From positions 62,001-99,659 of the forward strand of contig MRSU01001394.1 in assembly GCA_008369845.1 (NCBI GenBank): a DNA stretch of 37,659 bases, read 5' to 3'. Positions 9,484 through 19,355 of this stretch are shown here, in pieces. The first letter of the stretch is position 1. Each line of letters starts with the position of its first letter. This stretch comes from Trichomonas gallinae (Eukaryota). The notes beneath the pieces were generated by a model, which did not search any database, was not told the DNA's origin, and saw only the letters and a list, made by a program, of their open reading frames with translations. Position numbers and translations under genes: made by a program.

Positions 9484-10125
9484 CTTTTATTTGAAAATAA
9501 CATTTGTAAAGAACCTCCTCATCACAAATCGATTTTTCAAAAGCAAGTGCTAATACATCGATGTGCATTGCAAATCCAAGGTTTATTCGATGTTATTTTT
9601 TGTGAAATCACAAAAAATTCTACACAATCAATTCCGATAAAATTTTAGTCATTTTCATGCATAGTACATTGTTATTAAGATTTTAGTCATTTTCATTTTT
9701 AAATGATAACTGAAATTTACAGTATATCATTAATATATATCATGACTACCAAATGATGAGAATTGAAACTAATTCAAATTTTTCTATTCATTCAAAAGCA
9801 AGTTGAAAAAAAAAAATTGAAAACATTCTGTCCTCTCAATTAAAATATCTCGAAATCAGTTACCATGTGGTGGAAATAGCGACCTGCTTTCCACTATGAG
9901 TGACTCATTTTCCTACAAAATATGATATTTTTGATCTACAGTCTGAATGCAATAATAGTGCAACACTAAAAATTGAATAATACGTTAGAGCTTCTCAAAA
10001 AAATTCAAATGATTATGTTTTGAAAATTTTCCTTAATTCAAACACCCATAACTATCATCACATATACATATAGGTTTAGTTAGCATACTAATTTTATCAA
10101 AATAAAGGTTTCGTCGGAAAAATTT

Positions 10126-11376
10126 TCAGATTCCTGTTACAACATTATAAGTGCATGCAATAGTAGCAGCAACAGATATAACTATAACGATTGCGCAGAT
10201 TAAAATGTTATACCATCTACGTTCTTTCACGTTCATGAGATAAAAAACGCAAGGCATTGTAAATACAAACCCAGGAGTTAATAAGCCACCTACAAAATCA
10301 AAGAAGAAAACAATATTATTGGAAATGCAGGCGCATGCAGTGGCCAATAAAGTGATCAAAGCTCCTGAAACGTTCCAAACTAATGTGCTTACTTCTTGTG
10401 TGCCATATATCAGATCTAATATTGCGTATCTTGTCGGGAAAACCATCATCGGTCCACCAAGAATTAGAATAACGATAACACCTAATATTGTTGTGCGTGT
10501 AAACCAGTTATCAAGTGGATAATACTCTAATGCGGCGCCAGCTTTCAAATTATCGAATAAATGCAAATATGCAAAAATTCCAAAAGCATTATATAAAACG
10601 AATGATATCATAACAGTCATGGCTGCAAGTATTTTGCCACGTTTTGGATGCGGATCTTTGAGAATTCTGCATGCTTGGAAGATATTGCAATGGCAATCGT
10701 AAGCTACTGACATAATTCCGAATGTAGAGATGAATATCTTTCCAACCTTGAAGTAGACGATTCTTGATGGTGTGAATCCATCGTCATGTATACCTTTGAT
10801 GAGCCAATAAAAAGAGAAAACGATAAGCCAGATAATGAAGAAGACGGCGATGCCAGACCAGCTCTCTAAGCGTTTCAAGCTGCGAAAAATAGTCAAAGGG
10901 TAAATTAATACAATTGCGGATAAAAAGTTCCAGAAAACCGGGCTATCCCATGGCTTACCTTTGAGTGGCACAACGTGCTTAACTAAACGGCCAATCCAGA
11001 GTACGTAAATAACGACTGTTCCGAATAAACATAATGTGATCCAAACATTCATGATCCATGTGTATTTTCTTCCGAAAGTGATTGTAAATAAGTGAGAATA
11101 GTCGCGTGCTCTTGTAACTCTTGCGCAATCAATTAACATCCAAAGTGACCAAAGTGAAATCAGGCCTAAAACAAAAGATGTGATAATGCACAACGCGAGG
11201 CCACAATTGTAACAATATGGAACAAGTAGTGCTCCAGATCCGATTGTTGTATTTAACAAAAGAATCAAAACACCAAACAAAGAAGATTGCCCAGGAGGTT
11301 CTTCGATGATTTCCTGTGTGGTCGAGGCTAAATCTGCTGTGTAAAGCGGTGTTTCGTCTTCATTTTGCATCGTCAT
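10126..11376 (-). CDS. Amino acid transporter, AAAP/SLC38-like family
   Basis: About 11 hydrophobic segments with LLNTTIGSGALLVPY, YPLTIFRSLKRL and AYDCHCNIF (the F..H motif of Aa_trans). Confidence 0.9.
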   Translation of the reverse strand: MTMQNEDETPLYTADLASTTQEIIEEPPGQSSLFGVLILLLNTTIGSGALLVPYCYNCGLALCIITSFVLGLISLWSLWMLIDCARVTRARDYSHLFTITFGRKYTWIMNVWITLCLFGTVVIYVLWIGRLVKHVVPLKGKPWDSPVFWNFLSAIVLIYPLTIFRSLKRLESWSGIAVFFIIWLIVFSFYWLIKGIHDDGFTPSRIVYFKVGKIFISTFGIMSVAYDCHCNIFQACRILKDPHPKRGKILAAMTVMISFVLYNAFGIFAYLHLFDNLKAGAALEYYPLDNWFTRTTILGVIVILILGGPMMVFPTRYAILDLIYGTQEVSTLVWNVSGALITLLATACACISNNIVFFFDFVGGLLTPGFVFTMPCVFYLMNVKERRWYNILICAIVIVISVAATIACTYNVVTGI

Positions 11377-11421
11377 CTTTTTTTGTCAGTTTTCACAAAT
11401 AAAAAAGTGACAAAAAAAACA
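11377..11421. promoter_or_regulatory. 45-bp bidirectional promoter with dyad symmetry
   Basis: Lies between divergent ATGs at 11376(-) and 11422(+). Arms TTTTTTTGTCAGTTTT (11378-11393) and AAAAGTGACAAAAAAA (11403-11418) form a 15/16 inverted repeat, each carrying an Inr-like TCA. Confidence 0.65.
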
Positions 11422-11883
11422 ATGAGTGAAGAAATTGATTCTTCATATTCTGTCTTTTGGGGCCAAGTTGTTCCAGCCGAGAAGTCTTGCATTCTTGAGT
11501 TCCCAATTAAAAGCAATTTGACAATAACTCAAGCAGTTATTCCAGACGTTGATGAAAGATCACCAAAAGAACCAGTTAGACTTTTCGCGAAAGTCCAAAC
11601 ACTTATTCCAGACGAGGAGGAAGATAAACCAGAAGAAGAAGTCAATGACGCGAAATATACTGAAACAAATGTTTTATTAGCAACATTGTTGCCATTTAAA
11701 AACGAGAGTGTTATGCTCAACCACATTTTTTCACCATTGAACATCGTTGAATTCACAAATAAAGGAAAGCTTGACATCCACTTATCAGGTTACGTTGAAT
11801 ATCTTGAGAACGTTGAAGAAGAAGAAGATGAGGAAGAACAGAAGCAAGAAAAGCAGGAAGAAGAAGAAAAGAAAGAGAAATAA
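11422..11883 (+). CDS. Nucleoplasmin-like (NPL) domain protein with acidic tail, probable histone chaperone
   Basis: ATG at 11422 (track start 11365 is TTG). FWGQVV, LTITQA, LLATL and IHLSGY followed by a poly-Glu tract, as in the NPL domain of HD2/FKBP nucleoplasmins. Confidence 0.8.
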   Translation: MSEEIDSSYSVFWGQVVPAEKSCILEFPIKSNLTITQAVIPDVDERSPKEPVRLFAKVQTLIPDEEEDKPEEEVNDAKYTETNVLLATLLPFKNESVMLNHIFSPLNIVEFTNKGKLDIHLSGYVEYLENVEEEEDEEEQKQEKQEEEEKKEK

Positions 11884-12359
11884 GAAATATTATTAATAAA
11901 ACTGTTTATTAAAATCATGATACTGTTTTATCTGTCAAAGAGAGAAATAGCTTCATTGGTTCGTTGCTTCAGTTGAGAATATGCGCATGCAATATTTTTT
12001 TATTTTCGAGATAATTTGAGAAAATTTGCTTCGATGTCTGAAGCACCAAGAGATGGCACGCAATGATGAGTGTCTATGCATCATCTTATTAAACATTTGA
12101 CAAAAGTAAATTTACAAAGTCATTTTTGAAATGTTACTTTTCAAAAAAATTGACAATCTGACGTTGTAAAATTTCACAATTTGACAATGAAAACAATCAT
12201 TTTTTCACGAAGCCGAATCCATATAATGCAAAATAAAGAAAATATATAATTTCAAAAAAAACACGTTATTTCTATTTTTCCAGTTTTTTTTTAATCATGA
12301 TATTGTGCTGACTGAAATATTTGATCTCACTAAATTTTTTTCCTCAAAATTTTTTAAAG

Positions 12360-13715
12360 ATGAATAATGACATTAGAATTATAGCAAAGCTCGGCGAAGG
12401 CTCTTTTGCTGAAGTCTACAAGGTTAAAAACCCTAAGACGCAGCAAGTATTTGCCATCAAACGTCTTAAAAAGCGATATCGTACTATCGAAGAAGTAAAT
12501 AAATTGCCCGAAGTTCAATACTTGAAGGCTCTTCAAGGTCAGCCAAACATTATTAAACTATACGAAGTAATTTATAACAGCCAGGATGGATATGTTGCTT
12601 TATTGTTTGAATTAATGGACGCAAATCTTTACGAGTTCGTGAGAGATAACCAAAAACCATGCGACGAAAAGACATCATTGCTTCTAATTTATCAACTTCT
12701 TAAAGCTCTTGATTATATGCACGAAAAAAATCTTTTCCACAGAGATGTAAAGCCAGAAAATTGCATGGTCAACAAGGCTACGCTAGAACTAAAGCTTTGC
12801 GACTTCGGATCCACAAGAGCCGTTTCAAATTCAGGGCCTTACACTGAGTATGTCAGTACTCGCTGGTACAGAGCACCTGAATGCATTCTAACGAGCGGAT
12901 CATATGGCAGAGAGGTGGATATATGGGCTGTCGGCTGCATGCTTTATGAGTTGTTAACAACAAGGCCTCTATTTCCAGGCAAGCACGAGATTGATCAGAT
13001 TTCTCGCATTCACAACATTGTCGGAACGCCTTCGATAGCGCTGTTAAATCAATTTAGGAAAAATCCAAATACGCAAATTTCTTTTTCATTCCCACAAAGA
13101 ACGCCTCAAGATTTGCATAAAATTATTCCAATGGCTTCTCAAGAAACTGTTGATCTAATGGGAAAAATGCTAATTTATAATCCTGCAGATAGAATAACAG
13201 CGCATGATGCGCTTTTGCATCCAGCTTTTGAACAGTTCCGTATTGTAGAAGTCAAATGGAATGCATCTGGATGCAAAGTTCCTTTTGCGGTTTTCTATGA
13301 ACAATTCAAGAACCAGCCGGTGGCAAAATTACAGCCTCCTACAGTTGGTCCGTATGTGCTTGATACAGGTGGAATGAACACAAGTGATTCCACTCCAATG
13401 GTTATTAAGAATCAGACATTATTGCCTCCTTTGCCGAAACAGCCAAACCACCACGCGCCAATTATTATGCAGCCCATGTATCAGTCCCATCCTGTGAAGC
13501 CTGCTGGCGAATTCAATCCACTAGAAGCAAGACGAAAAGCAGCCCAAAGAATTAAAGAATACAACCAAAAGAAGCTACTCAACCAGAAGAAGGAGAAGAA
13601 GCTTCCACTTCCTTCGTTCCAGTTTGGTGCGCCGACAGTTTTAGGATCATATCAAAATCCTAAGCCGGAGCTTATACAGCCTCGACTTCCGCGTATTCAA
13701 CCCTATTTCCATTAG
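12360..13715 (+). CDS. CMGC/RCK-family Ser/Thr kinase, MOK/RAGE-like
   Basis: ATG at 12360. GEGSFAEV, FAIK, HRDVKPEN, DFG and PYTEYVSTRWYRAPECILT; the TEY loop plus APEC is MOK-like. Pro-rich C-terminal tail. Confidence 0.9.
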   Translation: MNNDIRIIAKLGEGSFAEVYKVKNPKTQQVFAIKRLKKRYRTIEEVNKLPEVQYLKALQGQPNIIKLYEVIYNSQDGYVALLFELMDANLYEFVRDNQKPCDEKTSLLLIYQLLKALDYMHEKNLFHRDVKPENCMVNKATLELKLCDFGSTRAVSNSGPYTEYVSTRWYRAPECILTSGSYGREVDIWAVGCMLYELLTTRPLFPGKHEIDQISRIHNIVGTPSIALLNQFRKNPNTQISFSFPQRTPQDLHKIIPMASQETVDLMGKMLIYNPADRITAHDALLHPAFEQFRIVEVKWNASGCKVPFAVFYEQFKNQPVAKLQPPTVGPYVLDTGGMNTSDSTPMVIKNQTLLPPLPKQPNHHAPIIMQPMYQSHPVKPAGEFNPLEARRKAAQRIKEYNQKKLLNQKKEKKLPLPSFQFGAPTVLGSYQNPKPELIQPRLPRIQPYFH

Positions 13716-13764
13716 AAATTGATTTTGTTTGTTAAAAAAAATATGATTGTTATTTAATATAAAT

Positions 13765-14967
13765 TTATTTCTTCTTACCTGTTATATTATACTTCTTGCA
13801 TACTTGTGCATAGGCTTTCTTTTGTAATAATTTATCTTTGATTGTCATATTTTTCTTATCCTTACCTATAAAAGGCAAATTAACATCAGCTCCGTGTCCA
13901 ATAAGCCAATCAACTATCTCAGGATATGGCATGATACTTGCTAAATAATGGCCAAGCAATGTGTTATGAGATTCATCTTTTCTAAGATCGAGCTGAAAAC
14001 CTTTTTCTACAAGCATTTCAAGGATTTTTATAGAGTCTTTAGTTTTACTTATATCTATGAGCTCTTTAGGACCAACTTCGCCTTGCTCATCGAAACGATT
14101 CACGTCAATTCCTTTATCTAAAACTATTTTAGCGATTTGTGGATCTCCACAATGGCACACATAATGTACTGCATGCTTTGTTTTGTAACTTATATCTATA
14201 TCCGCGCTATCTAGTGTATTGCAAAGAATTTTTGTGACTTCCAGACTTTTATAGAAATATAGATTAACAAAGAGGGCTGTATATCCAGCTGAATTTACAG
14301 CAGCTGGATCGACGTTTTCAATGAGAAGAGGGACGGCTTCTTCATGAGAATTTATGATTGCTTGAATGATCGCTGTATCGCCATTAACTCCTTTTGTATA
14401 GCTATGTGGTGAATGTGCGAGAAGCAATTTGAGAATTTCAATGTTTTTCTTTTTAATCGCAGTGTCTATTGGATTATTTTCTTTATTTTGTCTTAGTGCA
14501 AGATCAGCACCTTTTTTGAACAGCTCCTCCAGAATTTTCAATGATTGTCCAGTGACTGCTAAGTATATATACTGATATTTTAGAGATTCGTACACTTTTT
14601 TGGCCTCATCTGGCTTGCAGGACATGATGTATGAAGCAATCTCAAAAGAATTGTAGAAACATGCATAGTGAAGAGGATTATATTGATCGGAACTTTGAAC
14701 AAGTATATTGATTTTTAATTTATTTTGTAAATAAACAAAAACTTCCAGTGAATCATAGATTGCTGCAATGTGCAGAGGATTTAAATTCCGATCTGACAAA
14801 ATTCTGTCGGTATCATTTAAACTTGAAGAATATCTACTTGTTGAAAATAAAGAATCATTTTTAATGTCATTGCGCGCAATGTATTTCTGTACTTCGATTA
14901 TATTGTTATTCTTGATCGCATCTAAGATTTCTGGAGAGGTCTGTCTATAGCTATTCAAGCCATACAT
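13765..14967 (-). CDS. Ankyrin repeat protein
   Basis: First ATG at 14967. Repeats NPLHIAA, NPLHYAC, NPIDTAI, DTAIIQA, YTALF and HAVHYVC..G...IAKIVLDKGIDVN. Confidence 0.9.
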   Translation of the reverse strand: MYGLNSYRQTSPEILDAIKNNNIIEVQKYIARNDIKNDSLFSTSRYSSSLNDTDRILSDRNLNPLHIAAIYDSLEVFVYLQNKLKINILVQSSDQYNPLHYACFYNSFEIASYIMSCKPDEAKKVYESLKYQYIYLAVTGQSLKILEELFKKGADLALRQNKENNPIDTAIKKKNIEILKLLLAHSPHSYTKGVNGDTAIIQAIINSHEEAVPLLIENVDPAAVNSAGYTALFVNLYFYKSLEVTKILCNTLDSADIDISYKTKHAVHYVCHCGDPQIAKIVLDKGIDVNRFDEQGEVGPKELIDISKTKDSIKILEMLVEKGFQLDLRKDESHNTLLGHYLASIMPYPEIVDWLIGHGADVNLPFIGKDKKNMTIKDKLLQKKAYAQVCKKYNITGKKK

Positions 14968-15232
14968 CAACAAAAATCAATTTACATGTCAAAAATTTTG
15001 GAAAAATGTAAGTTTTGCTGTTTGATGCATTGATGAAATAATTTTGAGCCTAGTTGGATAGATTAATTGTTACTTTTAGAAAACTCAAGCTTCGTTGTTT
15101 TTACATGCTTAGAAGCAACTGCACCAAAACAAATAATATCCGGCTTATGTTCAAATTCGCTTTAATTTGCTATTAATTTAAACACATGAAACTTTAAAAA
15201 ATTGCGTGTTATATATAGCTCTCTGTGTTTTA

Positions 15233-15350
15233 ATATTCTCTCTTATGATAGTCTGTTTACGTGTCAAATAAATTATATTCTCTCTTATGATAGTCTGTTT
15301 ACGTGTCAAATAAATTATATTCTCTCTTATGATAGTCTGTTTACGTGTCA
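15233..15350. repeat. Perfect 42-bp tandem repeat, about 2.8 copies
   Basis: Unit ATATTCTCTCTTATGATAGTCTGTTTACGTGTCAAATAAATT starts at 15233, 15275 and 15317; the third copy is truncated after GTGTCA. Confidence 0.95.
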
Positions 15351-15607
15351 GAAAAACTCTTAGGTTTGATAAAATATTTCGGAAGTTTATGTTTTCGGTA
15401 AAAATCAATTCAAAATATGCAACGTCAAAAAATATGGATTCAATCGATTAGTTCTTTGAGGATTTGTAGTTTTAAAAGGTGACAATAAGCAATTGAGAAA
15501 CGTTTTTTTTTTTTTTTTTAAGCTACAAACTCGATATTTGGTATCCTCGTATCATATAAATATAATATTTTCGAATCAAAATAATACTATTTTGGCAAAA
15601 CATATCC

Positions 15608-16831
15608 ATGAAAAAATTTGAGTGTCTTTTGGGACTTTTAAGAAACCAAAGGCATCAGCTAATTGTTGTTTTATTGGGCATCTCATACTGGTTTGTTAAT
15701 TTTCTACTTGGAAGGGTTGTAGTAAACATAAATCGGATTCCTTTGCTTCCTAAACTAAATAAATTTGATAAGAAAGATCTAGAATACATATTATCGACAA
15801 AGCAGTATCTTACAAATCGAAGAAACATGAGCTTAGCATTTTCATCAAAAATGAAAAACTATGAACCTAAGCCAAAAATGGAATATTGTTTCACTCAGGT
15901 TGACTTTTTTCAAGGGACACTCTACAGGCTTAAAAATTACTACATTTCAGGGTACTATGCCTTCGCGAACCAAGGATTTATGATACACAATACTACATTT
16001 AACTCACCAAGGAAACACTTCTTCCGTCCAGAACCAGGTGAGATTGTTGGTATATATAAGACTGTTCTCGTAGTAGGCCATCACGCGTGCTATATTTATG
16101 GGCATTTTATATTAGATTGTCTCTCGCCTTTAATGATAATTCCTGATGAAATCAAAAATAAGTCATTTTTGCTGCTGCCGAAAATGGAGTTCGATATTAG
16201 CGAACTTATCAGATTCGCCGGCTTCGAAAACCGCATAGTTCAGTTGGGAAAAAGGCAATGGATATTTGCAGAAGAGTCCTACCTGCTGACTGAGCCGAGG
16301 CCACACGGTGAGTATCAATCTGTCTGCCTTTACAACTTATCCATAGCCTTGAAGAAGCATTTTAAGATTGATAAAACTATTCCTGATCGAATTGGATTGC
16401 ATCAGAGAACTGGAGAGTATAGAGTTATTACAAACATACCTGAATTACTGCAGAAAAGCTCTGAGATTTGGCCTAATGAAAAGTTTGTCCGTATTGAAGA
16501 TAAATTTGCAAGCATTGCAGAGTGCGCAAAATCATACTCGCAGTTGAAAATTTTGTTGGCTGTTGCAGGAAGCAACCTGCTGAACTGTATGTTCATGGCT
16601 GAGAAAACTGTTCTTATTGAAGTTATGTGCAATATTTGGAATTTTCATGTTACGTCAGCAATTATTGTTTTTGACCTATATCTCATCGTTATTAGTCAAG
16701 AAATGATGAGTCACTCCTATCCTAGCCAGGTTCCTCTTAATTTTACTGATGTTAAGCCAGCTCTCGAAGCTGCGTTTCATGTTTTGAAAAACAACTGTTT
16801 TCCAAAAATTCAGGGAACCGAGATCTTCTAA
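15608..16831 (+). CDS. Glycosyltransferase family 61 / DUF563-like protein (paralog 2)
   Basis: N-terminal TM (LIVVLLGISYWFVNFLL) with YGHFILDCL, HQRTGEYRVITN..EL and LLAVAGSNLLNCMFM. Confidence 0.78.
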   Translation: MKKFECLLGLLRNQRHQLIVVLLGISYWFVNFLLGRVVVNINRIPLLPKLNKFDKKDLEYILSTKQYLTNRRNMSLAFSSKMKNYEPKPKMEYCFTQVDFFQGTLYRLKNYYISGYYAFANQGFMIHNTTFNSPRKHFFRPEPGEIVGIYKTVLVVGHHACYIYGHFILDCLSPLMIIPDEIKNKSFLLLPKMEFDISELIRFAGFENRIVQLGKRQWIFAEESYLLTEPRPHGEYQSVCLYNLSIALKKHFKIDKTIPDRIGLHQRTGEYRVITNIPELLQKSSEIWPNEKFVRIEDKFASIAECAKSYSQLKILLAVAGSNLLNCMFMAEKTVLIEVMCNIWNFHVTSAIIVFDLYLIVISQEMMSHSYPSQVPLNFTDVKPALEAAFHVLKNNCFPKIQGTEIF

Positions 16832-17688
16832 AGTTCTATCTATTGTTTATATGGCCTTTTGTTTGTAATAATTAGAAGTGTTTCAACTCGCTTTCTGGCC
16901 TTGCGACAGAATTTGAGATCTTATAAGTGAGAAAAGCATTAAATGAAATTCAATTTTTTTGAGAACCTAGCTGGTTACAATAATTTTGCTTAGCTTAATT
17001 TCGTCCTTTTCTTTCAGTTTTCACCAGAATCAGCCGGATATGAATATACATTTGTGACTTTGGAAATAAAAGTAGATAAAAAAAATTGATAAACTATTTT
17101 TAGGTAAAGTACGTAATATTGTGGGTTCATAACCATTACTACGTAGTTGTAAGTGACTGTGTTGCATATTTGTATCGATAGTTTGAAAACTAGTTTGATA
17201 TATTCGGCATCTAATGCTTTTCATACAAGCGTAACTTCAATATTCCAAATAAGCTATACTAAGGCATTTGTGAATTTATCACTACTATACAACTTCGTTA
17301 GATCAAAAAATTTAAGATAGTTGATTGCTGTCAGGAAATACGCAATATTCATGCCATTGATGGAATAGTCTATCAATAACGGATTAATGGCGTTTTTCGG
17401 CGAAAATTAATTTGGACTATCTCCAAATCCAATATTCATATTATAACACTATGCGACAGTATTTTGACTTGTGTGCATCTTTTTCATTTTCAATCTTGAA
17501 ATCAAAAATTGAAAAATGACAAAATGTCATGTAAATAGTAATTAACTTTACATTGTCAAAAAAATAACCTCAAAAACTGGTTTTATTTCGAAAAATGGCT
17601 TAATTATCATGCTTACTTTATTTATATCAAATTAAAATGTCAAAAATTAAAAATTTGTAAAGTTTTTCGAAAAAAAAGAAAAAAAAAG

Positions 17689-19056
17689 ATGGCAAGCAGT
17701 GAGCCAGAAAATCTCGAAGCACTGCTTTCTGGAGAAAAACCAGTGCTTCAAGATGTGCTCATGACGCCGAGTTTCGTGCAGGCTGTGAAAACTTGTAATC
17801 CGCAGCTGAACGATTACTTGCTATCGAATGAAATCTTTCCTCAAGTTCTCGATATTGCGTTAACGGATAAAGCTCAAACGCTCGGGTACTCGTCGAAAAC
17901 AGTCACAAATACAATGCTTTTCCTGACAACGAACTCAAATACAACACATCAGCTTATAAGGGAAAACCCACTGTTCGTTAAGGTAATAAGCGAATTTATA
18001 TACTCAAAATACGCATTCCAATCCAAAATCGCAGGTAACTTTCTCAGAATCGTTGAACCTGCAATTCGGAAAACTAATGGAGAGTTTCTTCAAAACATCC
18101 CAGGCCTCTCTGACTTTCTAATTTCGAATATCAACGTTTTCGCATATATGGAACTATTTATTATACTTACAACAGAATTTATGATTCCTTTCGGTGTAGA
18201 CTTAAATATGATAAAATCTGTAGCAAAAATGATCGGAACAAAAATAGGAGGAAGTGTTTCATCCGCAATTAAGCAAATGCTGAAACTCAAAAGAGATTTA
18301 TTCGTGCTTTTTGAAAATGACGAAGTTGTTTCAATTCTTGTTGACGAAGCGATTAAGCCCGGACACCCGCTTCTGTCTTTCAAAGTTTTTCAAATTCTCG
18401 AAAGAATCCTTTCTATCAGCAAAAGTGAAACTCTTCCTAAAGTTATACAGACATACTCAGAAAAATTCAACTTCGATGAACACAAGGATGACTACATAAA
18501 AGCGTCCGCAATATCTTTATTCCACAGATTTCCGGATTCATATATCGAAAAGTTATTTGATACTACATCGCTTTCGTGTCTAAATAATTCCATAGCAAAA
18601 ACTTTACCGCTTCTTAGTGACGAAAAACTTATAGAACTTAACACAAAATATAATTTGATAGATAGAATAATGACAGATCATATTGGTAAAACAAATGCGC
18701 ATATTTGGCAACTAGCAGAATATTTATACGGAATACAATCCCTTGTTACGCCAAAATTTAGAACATTTCACACAGATATTTTAGAGCCTCACCTACGAAC
18801 TCGGAATGGCGCGTACGGAGGTGAAAGACCGCGAGAGGACTCATCCGATTATGCTGAATCGTATGAGAACTCATCGAATTTTGTATCAGTTGATATTGCG
18901 ATTTTGTCTGATTCAAGTAGCTCGGATACGAGTAGCGATGAAGAAAATGATATAGGCGGCTACGAAAACGCAAAGTTTTTCGCAAAATTAGCTGGTATGG
19001 ATGAATTGAGTGAACTAATAGACCAAGAACAGACTGACTTACGATACTGCGTATGA
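17689..19056 (+). CDS. SAPS / SIT4-associated (PP6 regulatory subunit)-like protein
   Basis: N-terminus LEALL...LQDVL....FVQAVKTCNPQLNDYL resembles the SAPS family start. Helical body and acidic Ser-rich tail. Confidence 0.65.
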   Translation: MASSEPENLEALLSGEKPVLQDVLMTPSFVQAVKTCNPQLNDYLLSNEIFPQVLDIALTDKAQTLGYSSKTVTNTMLFLTTNSNTTHQLIRENPLFVKVISEFIYSKYAFQSKIAGNFLRIVEPAIRKTNGEFLQNIPGLSDFLISNINVFAYMELFIILTTEFMIPFGVDLNMIKSVAKMIGTKIGGSVSSAIKQMLKLKRDLFVLFENDEVVSILVDEAIKPGHPLLSFKVFQILERILSISKSETLPKVIQTYSEKFNFDEHKDDYIKASAISLFHRFPDSYIEKLFDTTSLSCLNNSIAKTLPLLSDEKLIELNTKYNLIDRIMTDHIGKTNAHIWQLAEYLYGIQSLVTPKFRTFHTDILEPHLRTRNGAYGGERPREDSSDYAESYENSSNFVSVDIAILSDSSSSDTSSDEENDIGGYENAKFFAKLAGMDELSELIDQEQTDLRYCV

Positions 19057-19355
19057 TCACTATACCATGATGTTGTGTTTATATATAATTTTTTTATTCT
19101 GTAAAATATAATGTTGGATTCTTTACTTAAAATAGCATTTTTTGCCTTTATTTAAACAAAACTACCTCTACACCAAATACTATTTATCAATTTTGATTCT
19201 TCAAAAAATGAGAAAAATCAAAATATTTATCAAAAAATAAATTTTTTTACATCAATTTTTATGTTTTAATGAATTTTAATTAAAAGAAAAGATTCTATTT
19301 TTGGACTTGAATACAATAGCGTAATGCAAAATTATGAAAAATTGCTCATAATAAA

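Noticed and set aside
12063..12161. Plus-strand ATGATGA...CTGA box C/D candidate
   Set aside because: No terminal stem or plausible guide; it looks like ordinary promoter DNA of the kinase gene.
15233..15350. 42-bp repeats as a CRISPR array
   Set aside because: The copies are head-to-tail with no unique spacers, there are no cas genes, and the context is eukaryotic.
15178..15408. 76-aa minus-strand ORF with repeated LTRKQTIIRENIIY
   Set aside because: TTG start; it is open only because the 42-bp unit is a stop-free multiple of three.
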